Shown here piece by piece: positions 34,375 through 47,923 of a stretch of 64,000 nt of DNA. The notes beneath the pieces were generated by a model. That model ran no database searches and had not been told where the DNA came from. It was given only the letters and a program-made list of their open reading frames with translations. The stretch is from Blastocystis sp. Blastoise (lineage: Eukaryota; Protista; Bigyra: Opalinata): the NCBI GenBank assembly GCA_039096225.1, contig JBBPEB010000030.1, forward strand, positions 186,001 to 250,000. Reading direction: 5' to 3'. The position numbers and the translations under genes are program-made. Position 1 is the stretch's first letter. The number at the start of each line of letters is the position of its first letter.

Positions 34375-35556
34375 ATGAAAGTAAGTTTCTTGATTGTACT
34401 AATTGTTGCTGTTGTTGCCTTTGATAATGGTTTAGGCTTGACTCCACCTATGGGTTTCAATACTTGGAATAAATTCCATTGTAAGATTGATGAAAAATTA
34501 GCTAGAGATACTGCTGATGCTATGGTTAATCTCGGATTACTTGAACTTGGTTATGAATATATGAATCTTGATGATTGTTGGCAAGTTGCTCGTGATAATA
34601 CTACTAAAGTTATTATTGAAGATCCTAAGACTTTCCCTTCTGGTATGAAAGCTCTTGCTGATTATGTTCACTCGAAGGGTCTTAAATTCGGTGTTTATTC
34701 TGATGCTGGTACTATGACTTGTCAAAAGAGACCTGGTTCTCTTGGTTTTGAAGAAGTTGATGCTAATACTTATGCTGAATGGGGTGTTGATTACCTTAAG
34801 TATGATAACTGTAATAATGAAGGTATTATTCCTGAACATCGTTATCCTCCTATGGCTGATGCTTTTAAGAATGCTAAGAGAACTATGTTCTTATCTATGT
34901 GTGAATGGGGTCAAAATAAACCTGCTGAATGGGCTCGTTTAACTGGTAATTCTTGGAGAACTACTGGTGATATTAAAGATACTTGGGATAGTATGATAGG
35001 TATTTGTGATAAGAATGAACCTTTATGGAGAGCTGCTGGTCCTGGTGGTTGGAATGATCCTGATATGTTAGAAGTTGGTAATGGTGGTATGACTTATGAT
35101 GAATATAAGACTCACTTCTCTCTTTGGTCTATTATGAGATCTCCTCTTCTTATTGGTTGTGATCTTACTAAAGCTACTGAAGAAACTTTAGAAATTCTTA
35201 AGAATACTGAAATTATTGCTCTTAATCAAGATAGACTTGGTGTTCAAGGTCATCGTGTTTGGTCTGATAAGGGAGGAAATAAAGAAGTTAAAGGTGATAT
35301 TCCTACTGGTAATATTGAAGTTTGGAGTGAACCTTTAATTGATGGTTCTTATGCTATTGTTTTATTCAATAGAGGAACTGAACCTGCTGATATTACTGCT
35401 ACTTTCACTGATTGTGGTATGAGAGAAAATACTTCTGCTTATGTCCGTGATTTATGGAAACATGAAGATTTAGGTGTTTTCGAAAAAGAATTCACTGTTA
35501 AAGGTATTGCTAAGCATGCTGTTGTTGTAATTAAAGCTACTCCCAAACTCATGTAA
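34375..35556 (+). CDS. GH27 alpha-galactosidase, secreted, intronless
   Basis: FDNGLGLTPPMGFNTWN, NLDDCW, DYLKYDNC, SWRTTGDI, WNDPDMLEVGN; start at MKVSFL signal peptide. Confidence 0.95.
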   Translation: MKVSFLIVLIVAVVAFDNGLGLTPPMGFNTWNKFHCKIDEKLARDTADAMVNLGLLELGYEYMNLDDCWQVARDNTTKVIIEDPKTFPSGMKALADYVHSKGLKFGVYSDAGTMTCQKRPGSLGFEEVDANTYAEWGVDYLKYDNCNNEGIIPEHRYPPMADAFKNAKRTMFLSMCEWGQNKPAEWARLTGNSWRTTGDIKDTWDSMIGICDKNEPLWRAAGPGGWNDPDMLEVGNGGMTYDEYKTHFSLWSIMRSPLLIGCDLTKATEETLEILKNTEIIALNQDRLGVQGHRVWSDKGGNKEVKGDIPTGNIEVWSEPLIDGSYAIVLFNRGTEPADITATFTDCGMRENTSAYVRDLWKHEDLGVFEKEFTVKGIAKHAVVVIKATPKLM

Positions 35557-36392
35557 ATCTTAAATTAAGAAAGTTGCTCTGCTTTAGGATATTAAATGAT
35601 TCTATTTTTTTCTTTGTTTAGTTTTTTCTTAATTTCATATTATTTTAATAACATGAATTCCTCATTTTGTATAGAAATAAAAAAACATATATATAAACAT
35701 AGTTCTTCATTAATAAATTGAAAGAATGAAATCATTTGTTTGTATTGGATAGTTTTTAATTACTATCTTCAAAGAATGACGATAGTAAAGTTATGAAAGC
35801 AATTCATTTAGTAAAATAAATCTGAATTCAAGATAATTTAGTTGTCATTAGTATTATTTATGGGAAATAAAGGTGAATATTATTTTTTTCTCTCTATAGA
35901 CCTTAACGGAGTTATATTTATAAAAGTGAAATAAATACCTAACTAAGAAAAGAAAAATGAATGAATCGTTATCAGTCAAATACTAACAACAAAATATGAG
36001 GAATACGTGTGTACAATACTTTTTAATTACAAATTGTTTCCAATTCTTATGCTAACTCTCGATTTATGGTTGTATGCAAAAATTATTTGCAAACAACAGT
36101 GAGAATAGAATGAGAATTTGTTTATTAAAAACCCGTGAATATTTTGAAAAATACAAGTAAAAAAATGAATTCCCCAAAGAATTACAAATAGATTGTATGA
36201 ATGACAAAGAGAAGAAAAAAGATGAGTTCTCCAATAGAATGATTCGAATAAAAAGATCTGCTGAAACCAAAATACAAAATGGAATGGAACAACATTTGGG
36301 TGCAAAGTTCTTTTGGCAAGTTCTGTTGTAAGAGATACTTTAAGAGTATTTAGATATTTATATAAATAATTAATAAAGTTAAAGAAAAGAAA

Positions 36393-36991
36393 ATGTTTAA
36401 GATCAATTTACCTAATGAAAATTCAGACGATAAAGTTTGTTGTACTCAAGAATGGGGTGTAGGTAATCCTATTTATGATGGTGCTTTATCTATTGTTATT
36501 ATTGGTGCTTCAGGTAACTTAGCTAGAACTAAGACTTATCCTTCATTATTCAGAATTTTTAAGAATAATTTAATGCCTGTTGTTACTAGTATTTTTGGTT
36601 ATGCTAGATCTAAGTTGACTAATGAAGAATTCCGTGAAATGATTCGTAAGGAACTCGATGTATGTTTTATTGTCTTGTTCTTTTTTAAATATAATATTTT
36701 ATTACTTTATATAGGGTACTGAAGATGAAATTGAACGATTTTTAGACAGATTATATTATCATCCTGGTATTTTATTTATTTTTAATTTAAAATAATTAAT
36801 TTATATATATATATATTTTTTATAAATAATAATTTAATTTACTATTCTTTTAGGTGCTTATGATAACGATGAAGATTATTTAAGTATGACAAGTGAACTT
36901 GAAACTCATGAACATTCTATGTGTAAAATTTATATGAATAATACTAAGAATACTACTTGTAGTGTATATTATATTATTATTATTATTATAC

Positions 36992-37034
<43 letters not shown>

Positions 37035-39107
37035 GTTTATTATTAATATATAGTCTAATCGTCTTTTCTATTTGGCTATTCCTCCAAGTCTCTTCATTCA
37101 AGTAGCTACTTCTTTAAATAGTATGTTTTAATGATTCTATTTATTATAGAACGATTACATCTATTTATAATAAAACCATCAATATTTTATATATATTATG
37201 ATACTAATTGTTTTATATATAATATATATAGAGAATTGTAGAAGTGCTGGTGGTTTTAATCATTTAATTATCGAAAAACCTTTTGGTAGAGATTTAACTT
37301 CTTGTAAGGATTTGAATGATCAAATTCTTTCTTTATTTAATGAAGATGAAATCTATAGAATAGATCATTATTTAGGTAAAGAAATGGTTCAAAATCTTTT
37401 AGTTTTACGTTTTGGTAATTTACTTCTTTCTCCTTTATGGAATAACTTATATATTGATAATGTTCAAATTATTTTCAAAGAAAAGAAGGGTGTTAATGGT
37501 AGAGGTGGTTATTTTGATCAATATGGTATTATTCGTGATGTTATGCAAAACCATCTTCTTCAAGTATATATTGTGTTTGTCTAATATTGTTTTATAAATC
37601 ATTTTAATATATATATATAATATTATATACTATTACTTATATTATTATATCTTCAAATTGTTACCTTAATAGCTATGGAACAACCTGTATCTCTAGCTGC
37701 TCATGATATTCGTGATGAAAAAGCGAAAGTCTTAAAAAGTATCCCTCCACTCAAATTAGAAGAAGTTGTCGTTGGACAAGTATATCATTATTATTTTATT
37801 TATTTATTATTATATTATATTATTATATATATTAGTATATATATATTATTATACTATTATATATTTATTTTTATAATTAATATGCTAATAATTGACTACT
37901 ATAAATAGTATGGTCGTGATGAGACTGATAGTCAAGAATCCTACAGAGAAGATCCCTCTGTTCCCGCGGATTCTTTAACTTCTACTTTTGCCGCTGCTAT
38001 TATGCATATTAATAACAATCGTTGGGCTGGTGTTCCTTTCTACTTAAAATGTGGTAAAGGTATATAATAAGTATAATAATAATAATAATTAGTATAATCA
38101 CTATTATTTATTATATCTATACTAGTCTCTTATATACTATCATCATAATTTGTTCTATATAGAATAATATATTCTATATATTTATAAAGGATTGGATGAA
38201 GATAAGGCTGAAATTCGTATTCAATTTAAATCTATCCTTGCTCCTCTATTTGGTCATATTCAAAGAGATGAATTAGTTATTCGTGTTCAACCAGATACTT
38301 CTATTTATATGAAGATGAATGTCAAGTCTCCAGGTATAGTTATATAATTATTATGAAACTTATTTTAATATTTATTATCATTATACACTATATTATCATT
38401 ATATATTCTATTATTATATTATACTCTTTATTATTATTCTTATATACTATATTCTAATACTAAATATTATTTCTATAGGTTTAACTACTCAACCTATGTT
38501 ATCTGAATTAGATCTTACGTATAAACAAAGATATGATTCTGCTTATATTCCTGATGCTTATGAAAAACTTATTATCGATTGTATGAGAGGAGATCATAGG
38601 TATATTTATTATTATTCTTACTTCTAATTCATCATATTCATTATATATATATATATATTATATAGTCATTTTGTACGTACTGATGAATTAGAAGGTTCTT
38701 GGAGAATATTTACTCCTCTTCTTCATCAAATTGAAGTATTTATTTTATTTATTTATTTATTTATTTATATATTTATTTATTTATTTAATCATTTATTTAT
38801 AAATCACTTATTTCTATAACTTTTCATATACAATAAATACTATATGTATATATAAATGAATTCATAATAATATATAATAATTATCTATAGGATAAGAAAG
38901 TTGTTCCTATCTCATATCCCCGTGGTTCTCGTGGTCCTGTTGAAGCTGATCAACTTAGAGATAATTATATATATATTTATAATTATATTATATACATATA
39001 TATTTATAATTATATTATATATTATATACATGTATATTTCATATAGTAATGGTTATATTCGTTCTGAAAAGTATCAATGGAAAGAACCTATATTAAAATC
39101 TGCCTAA
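36393..39107 (+). CDS. G6PD: Glucose-6-phosphate dehydrogenase, 12 exons
   Basis: [49 protein letters not shown]; two junctions are non-canonical (see findings). Confidence 0.96.
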
Positions 39108-39733
39108 ATGAAAAGTACTTGTTATTACTATTAACAATTATATATATGTATGTAATAGTATAAACAACATATATATATAACATATTTTTTATGGATATTC
39201 TCGCTTTTGCTATATATATGTCCTTTTTTGTATGTATTATGATTTTGTTATCATTGAACAATTTGTTTGTTTTTGATTATATATAAATATACATACTTAA
39301 ATCATTTCTATTCTTAAAAAGTCATGTATAATTTAAAAGTGCACGTCAATCGCAGAATAACTTCAAATTTGTAACTAGAAAAAAATATTTTTACAATAAA
39401 TTATTTGTAAAATATATTACTTGAATGTATAAAATGATAACTAGCAATGAAAAACAGTGAATTATAAAAAAAAGTACATGCTATGAAATAGTTTACTATA
39501 TTTTCTAAGAATATCAAATACAGTAGAGAAGATTCTGAAGAATAAACGAAGAATTACTCTTGAAAATGCTGTCAAAACAATTCACTATGTAAGTTTTTGT
39601 TGTCTTCTAATCATAAAATGAAAGAAAAGAACCATATCTTTTTATTACATCAACAAATAAAACATTATAAGCCTGTTCACAATAAATAAACAAAATTAAA
39701 AATTGAAAAAAAAATAGTTTTCTTTTCTTAATC

Positions 39734-41788
39734 ATGGAGTCTATTGTAACCGAAATTCGTAAAAGATTGAATATTCATTACATGCCTAAGTGGTCTGAGT
39801 TACCAGGATTAGAGATACAAGGAAAAAGACTACGTGAAATTCTTGAACAGACATTTGTTTATGGAAATAATGAAATGTATATTTTATATATTAGATTGTA
39901 TATTGATGTATTTAGTGTTGTGATGTCAGGTCCAGAAGGAACAGGAAAGAAATTCTTACTTCATCATGTTTTGAATAATTTACAGATTGAATACTCTGAT
40001 AAAGAGGAAAATCCATTTGATGTCAATAATTATATTAGTGTTTGGTTAGATGGAAGTTATTTAGATGATGATAATTCTGCATTTCGAAGTATTACTCGGC
40101 AATTATCAGATACTGAAATCATGAGAGGTAACTATATTATTTTTTGAATAGTTCATAAAGAATAATTGTTATAGACAAACGAATTCGAAGTAATCAACGA
40201 AATAATTTAGAATTTGTCGAAACAATATCCTTATAAGCGGTATATAATAGTATAGTATATAATAGTATAGTATATAATAGTAGAGTATATAATAATATAT
40301 AATAATATATAATAATATATAATAATATATAATAATATATAATAATATATAATAATATATAATAATATATAATAAAATATAATAATATATAATATGCTTA
40401 TTTTCTTTAATCTATTACTCCTTGAAAGAGGCTGCATTATGTGGATATCCACTATTAATAGTATTAGATGATTTCCCTTCTTTTTGTGATCGTAAGAAGC
40501 AGACATTATTATATTCATTAATGGATTTATGTGGACAACCAAATGTCAAGATTACTGTTGTTTGTATTAACAACGAACCTTCTTCTATACAGAAATTTGA
40601 AAAAAGAATTACTTCTAGGTAATATATATATACATAATTAATTATGATATAATAAATATTTTTATTATTCAAATATTCAATTTAATATATATATATATAT
40701 ATATATACAAAAATTGAATTGTTTTAATTCTATAAATAAGAAATTATATTAAAAAATTATTATACAATTAATTTTTACTTAATATATCTATTAATTATTC
40801 TTATTCATAGATTCTCTCAAAAACAAATTATTTGTATTCCTCCAACATTTAATTCTATATATACATATTTTCAAAAAATAATGGTTCTGAAACCATCTGA
40901 AATTGATTCAGACGTCCTACCTAGTTTATCGAATTTAACTCAATATAATACATATATGGAGAATCTTATTAAGAATAAAACTATCTCTAATTATTTAGAA
41001 CAATTACTGTCTACTTCAGTTATTCCTATAACTATAAGTATCCTTATTAGTATTATTTGATATTATTCTTTTTATCTATTATATTATATACTATTTGCAG
41101 CATTACTCCTTGTATTACATTTATTATTATTTTTTCATTTTTATATGCATATTTTAGTATAACTATGTAGAACTGTTCTTATTATTCTTTTAATAATTAT
41201 ATATAAAAACTATTATAATAATAATTATATATAAAAACTATTATAATAATAATTATATATAAAAACTATTATAATATATATAATTATATAACACTATAAT
41301 AATTATAATTATATATAAAAACTATTATAATAATAATTATATATAAAAACTATTATAATATATATAATTATATAACACTATAATAATAATAATTATATAA
41401 AAACTATTATAGCAACTAGTCTATATTCTATTATTCCTTAATAATATATGTACATTACAACGAATATTATTATTTAGCCTTGAGCAAGTATCTTCTTATA
41501 CTTCGATTCTTTATACATATGAAGACATCCAAAGAGGATATAACCGATTCCTTGATTCTATTAATTCATTATATAATTGCATCACATGTATACTATTCTA
41601 CATTTTTTTGTATTATAATAAATCATAATAATAATTTATCTATATCTTTTATATATATTTATATTTATACTATGCTTATTATAGATTTAGGATTATATGA
41701 ATTATGTTTGTTAATTGCAATCAAAAAGAGAACAGAAAAAACTGATGAAAAATTCAACTTTATTCATATTTATACAGATTTCTTAACG

Positions 41789-41821
<33 letters not shown>

Positions 41822-42272
41822 TTATACTTATTAAGTATCTTATGAAAATCTTTTTTATTATGTATTTAGATGGGTTCGAAAAGAACAAAAGAAATTATCT
41901 ATAAAGGAAATTGATGTAGATACCGCTTGGAAAGTATTTTCTTAATCATTATTTATTATATCAAATACTATTCATATGATTATATATATATAGTGTTTTG
42001 AAAAATTATTAAATTATCAATTAGTTCAATTTACTCCTTCTTCTCATGGATTAGGAAATAAAAATGATATTCCTTATAATATCTATATTAGTTTAAATGT
42101 TACCGTATATATATATAAGCTATTTTTATTATTAAATAAGTATTTTTTATTGATATATGTTTAATATTTCTTTTATATATAGCCATATTATATCAATGAA
42201 ATGATTAAAAGCAATAAGTTACAATGTCCTACAGAAATATCTTATTGGGCTCTTCAATGGGAAGAAATCTAA
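39734..42272 (+). CDS. ORC4: Origin recognition complex subunit 4, 10 exons
   Basis: GPEGTGK, IVLDDF, KQTLLYSLMD, FEKRITSRFSQ, LGLYELCLLIAIK, terminal CPTEISYW. Confidence 0.85.
40225..40418 (+). other. U12-type AT-AC intron in ORC4
   Basis: 5' ATATCCTT, branch TTCTTTAAT, 3' TAC; removal restores the frame VET|SLKEAA. Confidence 0.92.
41038..41449 (+). other. U12-type intron with probable GT-AT termini in ORC4
   Basis: 5' GTATCCTT, branch TTCCTTAAT followed by 7 nt; in-frame join TI(S)TLQRILLF. Confidence 0.7.
41190..41410. repeat. AT-rich minisatellite (about 28-nt TAATAATTATATATAAAAACTATTATAA units) inside the ORC4 U12 intron
   Basis: Repeated AAAAACTATTATAA units are visible. Confidence 0.85.
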
Positions 42273-42647
42273 TTGTTTTTTTGTCATAATGTAATCTTCA
42301 TTCATTCTATGTTCTATTGTAAAGTGTTTTTGATTCATTTCAAGGTGTTTTTATTATTTATTGCATCAAATCTTTTAGCTACTAGTCAGCAATATAGCAG
42401 TTATTATTTTTCAGTATACTAGCAGCACATGACATTTTCTTTTATCCTATTAGCAGACAATGCTACAATCAGTCACTTTTTCAACCAACTTATCGACAAT
42501 ATAACAACCAATTCTGATCACTGTTATCGTCATGAACATAATGAATATATTTTATTTATTTAAATCACAGTTATTTGATAAAAAACACTTCTTTATCCTT
42601 TAAAAAAAATTGTTTTTTTATTTTTCTTTGTTTGTATTCTTTTCAGA

Positions 42648-43730
42648 ATGAGTAAAGGAAAGCCGTCAAAGTCATCTGGAAGATCTAAAGCTAGGAGTTC
42701 AATATCTTGGATATTTCTAGCACTTGTTTTTATCATTGTCATTACATTCCTGTGTTATGCCGGACAAGCTTGGACAAAACAATCAGAAACACAAAACAGT
42801 AAATTTTCAACGATTTCCAAGAAGTCTAAGAAAAATCATCATTTAGATTCAGGAACTCTTACTATGTCATCCCATGTACCTCATGATGGTACTTTATATA
42901 CGTATGTTTTTTTAATTGAGAATTTGTTTGTGGTACAATTATATATTTATATATATATTAATTTTAGGCAAGGTATTTTTTTTTATGATCAGAATACATA
43001 TTATGAGAGTGGTGGTTTATATGGTCAATCTCGAATTCAGAAAGTTAGTTTTCCAGATGGTATTGTTTTAAAACAATATACGTTTCCTAAAGAGATTTTT
43101 GGTATATAGTAGATTCTATATATGTTTGTATTTTCATTTGCATATGATATAATGAATATATTATAATAATGTTATATGTGTTAAATATAATAAATAAATG
43201 AATATTTTATAGGTGAAGGAATAACATTAGTGAATAATACTATATATATGTTTACATGGAAAGAGCATAAAGGTTATAAATTTGATTTAGATTTGAATTT
43301 ACTAGAAGAATTTACATTTAGTACTCGTACTGGTGAAGGTTGGGGAATGACTTATGATGGTATATCTATAGTTGTAAGTGATGGTAGTAATAGTATAATG
43401 TTTTGGGATCCTAATACATTAAAAGAAACAAAACGAATAAGTGTTCATTATCAAAGTGGAAAAACTGTAGGATATTTAAATGAATTAGAATATATTAATG
43501 GATATATATATGCTAATGTTTATTATCAAGAAATAATAGTGAAGATTAATCCTTTAGATGGTCAAGTTGAACAAATACTCGATTTATCTTCTTTACGTCC
43601 TCTTTTAGGTGATAATTCTGGTTATTCCGCGGAAGTACTTAACGGAATTGCATATGATGGAGTGAATGATACTATTTGGATTACTGGAAAACGATGGTCT
43701 AAAATGTTTGGAATGAAATATCAAATATAA
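42648..43730 (+). CDS. Type II (plant/bacterial-like) glutaminyl cyclase with N-terminal signal anchor, 3 exons
   Basis: YTQG, YESGGLYGQS, FGEGIT, FTWKE, EGWGMT, SDGS, LNELE, VLNGIAYD, TGKRW. Confidence 0.92.
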
Positions 43731-44068
43731 TATATTATATATATATATATAAATTTCATATTCCTTGTTTGTATTATTATTATATATATAAATTTTCTGG
43801 TTTCATTAAAGTTATTATTTATTAGTAGATTGTATTGTTAAAGAAAAGAATAAAAATTATTTTAATGTACATAATACAATGGATTCAATTATATAAACAA
43901 AAATAAAAGAAATAGAGATGTATCTCACAATCATCTTTATAATTAATTAAAGAAAAAAAAAGATATTTTTATAAAATATAAATTATAAAAAAAAAGTAGA
44001 GTAATATATAAAGAAATCAACTATTTATATATATTTTATTTGTTGAAGAACTAATAAAAATTAAAATA

Positions 44069-44250
44069 TTAATTGGAAGAAGAACTAGGATGATATTTTC
44101 CAAATAATCCAGCAGTATCTTCACCATAATCCTATATATATATATAATAATGATAATAAAGAGAAAGAGAAATATATATAACTATATATAATTATATATA
44201 TACAATATTGATAACAGCGAGAATAACAACTGCCATAATAATAATTAAAG

Positions 44251-44281
<31 letters not shown>

Positions 44282-45300
44282 ATGAGGATATTAAGAATAT
44301 ATTATATATATACAGCAGTCCACATATAGATTTGATAATCTACAACTTCAGTTATATTAATATTAGTATCCGGTAGAGATCATACAATATATATTCATAG
44401 TGATAATATAATAATAAAGATAATATAATAATAAAGGTAATATAATAATAAAGATAGTTTAATAATAAAGATAGTTAAATAATAAATCTAATAATAAATA
44501 TACGTGTTAAAGAATGATAAGTAGAAGAAGAATTAAAGAGAACCATAGAAATAGTTGTTTTGGGGAAACCATTAATAGTCTAATAAAAATTTAATAAATT
44601 TATAAGTGAATAAAAAAAAATAAAATAAAAAAAAAAATAAAAAACTATAAAAAGAATATAATTTTTCTTTTAAATATATATACGTTTTCTAATACAGTAG
44701 TAGAGACAGTAGATTTAACATAAACATAATGAAATGAAGAAGGAGACGAACTAATATCAGCATCTAAAGAGGCAAACATATCTTCTTCATTAGAATAAGT
44801 TTTCATTTGATATCCAGTTGGACAAGTAGTATTATCAGCAGAATAGCATATATAATTAGTAGTTGTATTATAAGTTTCAGGAATAAAATTCAATTTCCCA
44901 TAAGGAATTTGAGCGTATTCTACTTTTCCAATATCTGTTGTATTCAACGTTTCTATATATATACATATAACAATACATATAATAAGAAAAGAATGAAAGT
45001 AGAAATATCAATACGATTCATAGATTAATATATTTAAATACCTAAAGATTGTGAAGCAAAGTGAATAGCAACTACATGTTCAACAGTGTCAAAAACATCA
45101 CAAACAGGCATTTGGGTTTGTTTGAATGATGCATCCATACCTAATAAGGAATTCACATATGAAATATATTCTGAAGGATAGAGACTGTAGAATGAGGTGG
45201 AACTCTTCAAGTAATTGGCATGATCATGCATGAAAACATCGTATTCTCCAAAGGCTAATGAAACGAAAGAAACTACAAGGAAGAAAATCTTAAATGACAT
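44069..45300 (-). CDS. ATP6AP2/renin-receptor-like V-ATPase accessory type I membrane protein, 6 exons
   Basis: Signal peptide; C-terminal YQIYMWTALALIIIMAVVILAVINIDYGEDTAGLF resembles the ATP6AP2 TM and tail. Confidence 0.6.
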
Positions 45301-46242
45301 CTTATTTGGTTTGAAAGAATTATCAAGAAATATATGGGATAATAAAATAAAAACCTATAGATTTGGTCTTTTTTTTGTTTTTCATGGTTTTCTATAGATT
45401 CATAACGAAAATTCGTTTTTTATTAAAAAGAAAATAGAGCTGTTTTTATTATTTCAAAAACCATAAACTTTATAGAAGTGAATGTCTCCTAAGTATTCTG
45501 TATCTTCTTTTGATTCAAACTCATTACTCGATATATACATTGTTGCTATATGAAATCCATTAGAGATTAAACGACCATTTATTCTTATTCAAGTCTATTA
45601 TACTTTGATATATTGGATAATAGGAACGTGATATGTGAAGATACCGAATACTGAGAAAATATGAATAAACGGTGAAATTCAATATTATTTTTCTCAGTTT
45701 TTTAGATTTCTTATTTATTTTATTTTTCTAAGTTTGAAATATATTTGAATATTCAGTGGATACGTTGGAAGTGAAGAGTTAGTACTATATTTCTTATTCA
45801 ATCTTTATTAAATGTAAAAGAGAGTCTTTTGATGTTTTTATATGAGTTTTACTTTTTTTGCTTGATTTCCTAGGATCTGTGTACTATAATTATTTACAAT
45901 TATAAAAGAATTGAGATTGGTATGGAAAATGTACCCAATAAACTAGTTCAATACTTACTAAAAATTGTTTTTAATCACTTCTTCTTGGGTATTTCTGAAA
46001 TATATACTATCTCCTCATGATATATGATATATATGTATACTAATAACGATTATGAGAGTTTGTCAAGTGACCATTTCTTTTGCATATATCTTTTTTTATG
46101 TAATTTATGTGATGTTATGCGATAGAAGATAGAAAAAGAGGATGAAAATTAATTGAAAGTAAGTATGAAATGAGTAAGGAGAGTAGATATTGTGATTGAT
46201 AATTGAATGATTGTTTTCTAATCAGAGAGACTTGGGAATCTC

Positions 46243-46584
46243 ATTGGTTATATGAAGAGATATATCCAATCAGTTTGTAGATGGCGTAGTCTTGTTCGTA
46301 ATTAGGAGATGTTTTCATTCTCAACGTTGTATCCAATGAATAGACTCTTTGAAAAGAGTTGACGGTTCTATTGGTTCTTTCAGATATTAGAAAATCAAAT
46401 TATTTTTGTTGTTCTTTAAGGAATGAATGGTTGTTATAGACTAGAATCTTTGTTTTATTGGCCAATGTTTTCATAACCCAATCAATGCGGAATTACCTCT
46501 TTGTTGCGAATGTTCTTCAAGATGACGCGTTGCCTTTTTACTCTTAATGCTATTCTTCTAGGGTTCGTCGTGGTATTTGATTGG
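46243..46584. promoter_or_regulatory. Cluster of eight CCAAT/ATTGG boxes upstream of the HSP20 gene
   Basis: Motifs at 46243, 46266, 46333, 46370, 46457, 46462, 46478, 46580. Confidence 0.5.
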
Positions 46585-46797
46585 CGTTTCTTCCCTTTTG
46601 AAGAACAAGTCAGAAAGAAAAGTGATCGATAATTTATTAAAAAGTACTTTGATATATATACCGTTTTTAACAGAATCCATATACTCCAATATTTTTCATT
46701 TTATAGATCAGACACATATATTGACATAATATTTTTTAGAATATATTTTTTTCTTTCTATTACTAATTGCTATTTTTGTATTGCTCACATACTAATC

Positions 46798-47923
46798 ATG
46801 ACTGGAACTACTTCTGGAAGCATCAAACACAAAAATCCTTCTTCACACTCTGTTAATTCTCGTACTAAAACAGCACATAAGGGATCTTCACCTAAAATGC
46901 CTATTCCTCGCTATAACTATTATTCAATGCCTCAAGACACTTCAATGCCTTATCTTTTATCTACAAGTCAAATTCCATCTACTAATCCTTTATATTCTCA
47001 AGCTTCTATTCCTGTAGAAGATCCAAGCAATCTCTATTACATGAAAACAGCTACTCCTTGCTATGGAATGCTTCCTAGTAGTCCAGTCAATACTATAGAT
47101 CCATATTTTCCTTCTATGGTAGTACCTCCCTATACTTTAAATCCTGTTGCACAAGAAATGAATCCTATATGTTCTTCATCCGTTCAACAACAACCATCTA
47201 TTAGCATAATTCAATCAGATACTGTAGAAGTATTTATATTATTTTTATTTTTAATATTATATATATTGTTTGTATAAATTAGATTTATGATACAATAGTT
47301 TTAATTATATATATAATAAGAAATTTATATATTATACATATGTTTTTATAGTTTCAAGATTGTTATAAGACTTTTGTTGATATTCCTGGACTGAGTGAGA
47401 AAGATATTAACATCGAAGTTGAAGGCAATAATATTGTTGTTAATGGAAATCGTACATTATCTTATGCTAATTCTAGAAGTATCCTTTTTAAAGAACGTTT
47501 TTCTGGTCCTTTTCGTATATGTATTCCCGTATGTTTTTTATAATTTATTTTTTTAAGTTATATATTATTATAAATATTTATGATATTAAATGTATAATGT
47601 AAATATATTATTAATAATATAAATATTTATGATAATAATAAATATATTAATATATTAATAATATAAATTTTTTAAATAATAATACATATATAAATATATT
47701 AATAATATAAATAATAATGCTATATATAAAATAAAAAAGGTAATAATTACCCTTTTTATAGTTTCTTCCTGAGAAAGTTGATGTACAGAATATTCGTGCA
47801 TTTATGGAGAATGGAGTATTAACAATTCATTTTAAGAAGATGATGAGACATATTAAAGAGAAACAAACTCAATTATTTCGAAAAATATCATGTCGAATTG
47901 CTCCTCAGAAAGTTATGTATTAA
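46798..47923 (+). CDS. HSP20/alpha-crystallin domain protein with long P/S-rich N-terminus, 3 exons
   Basis: VDIPGLSEKDINIEV, ERFSGPF, LPEKVD, IRAFMENGVLTI. Confidence 0.85.

Noticed and set aside
41480-41845. ORF-track frame MSKYLLILRFF for ORC4
   Set aside because: It reads through a 97-nt intron; the spliced alternative frame matches ORC4 better.
47419-47428. GTATCCTT or ATATCCTT matches here and at about 6235, 18049, 58341 and 58465
   Set aside because: They lie inside conserved coding exons with no matching branch site, so they are not U12 donors.
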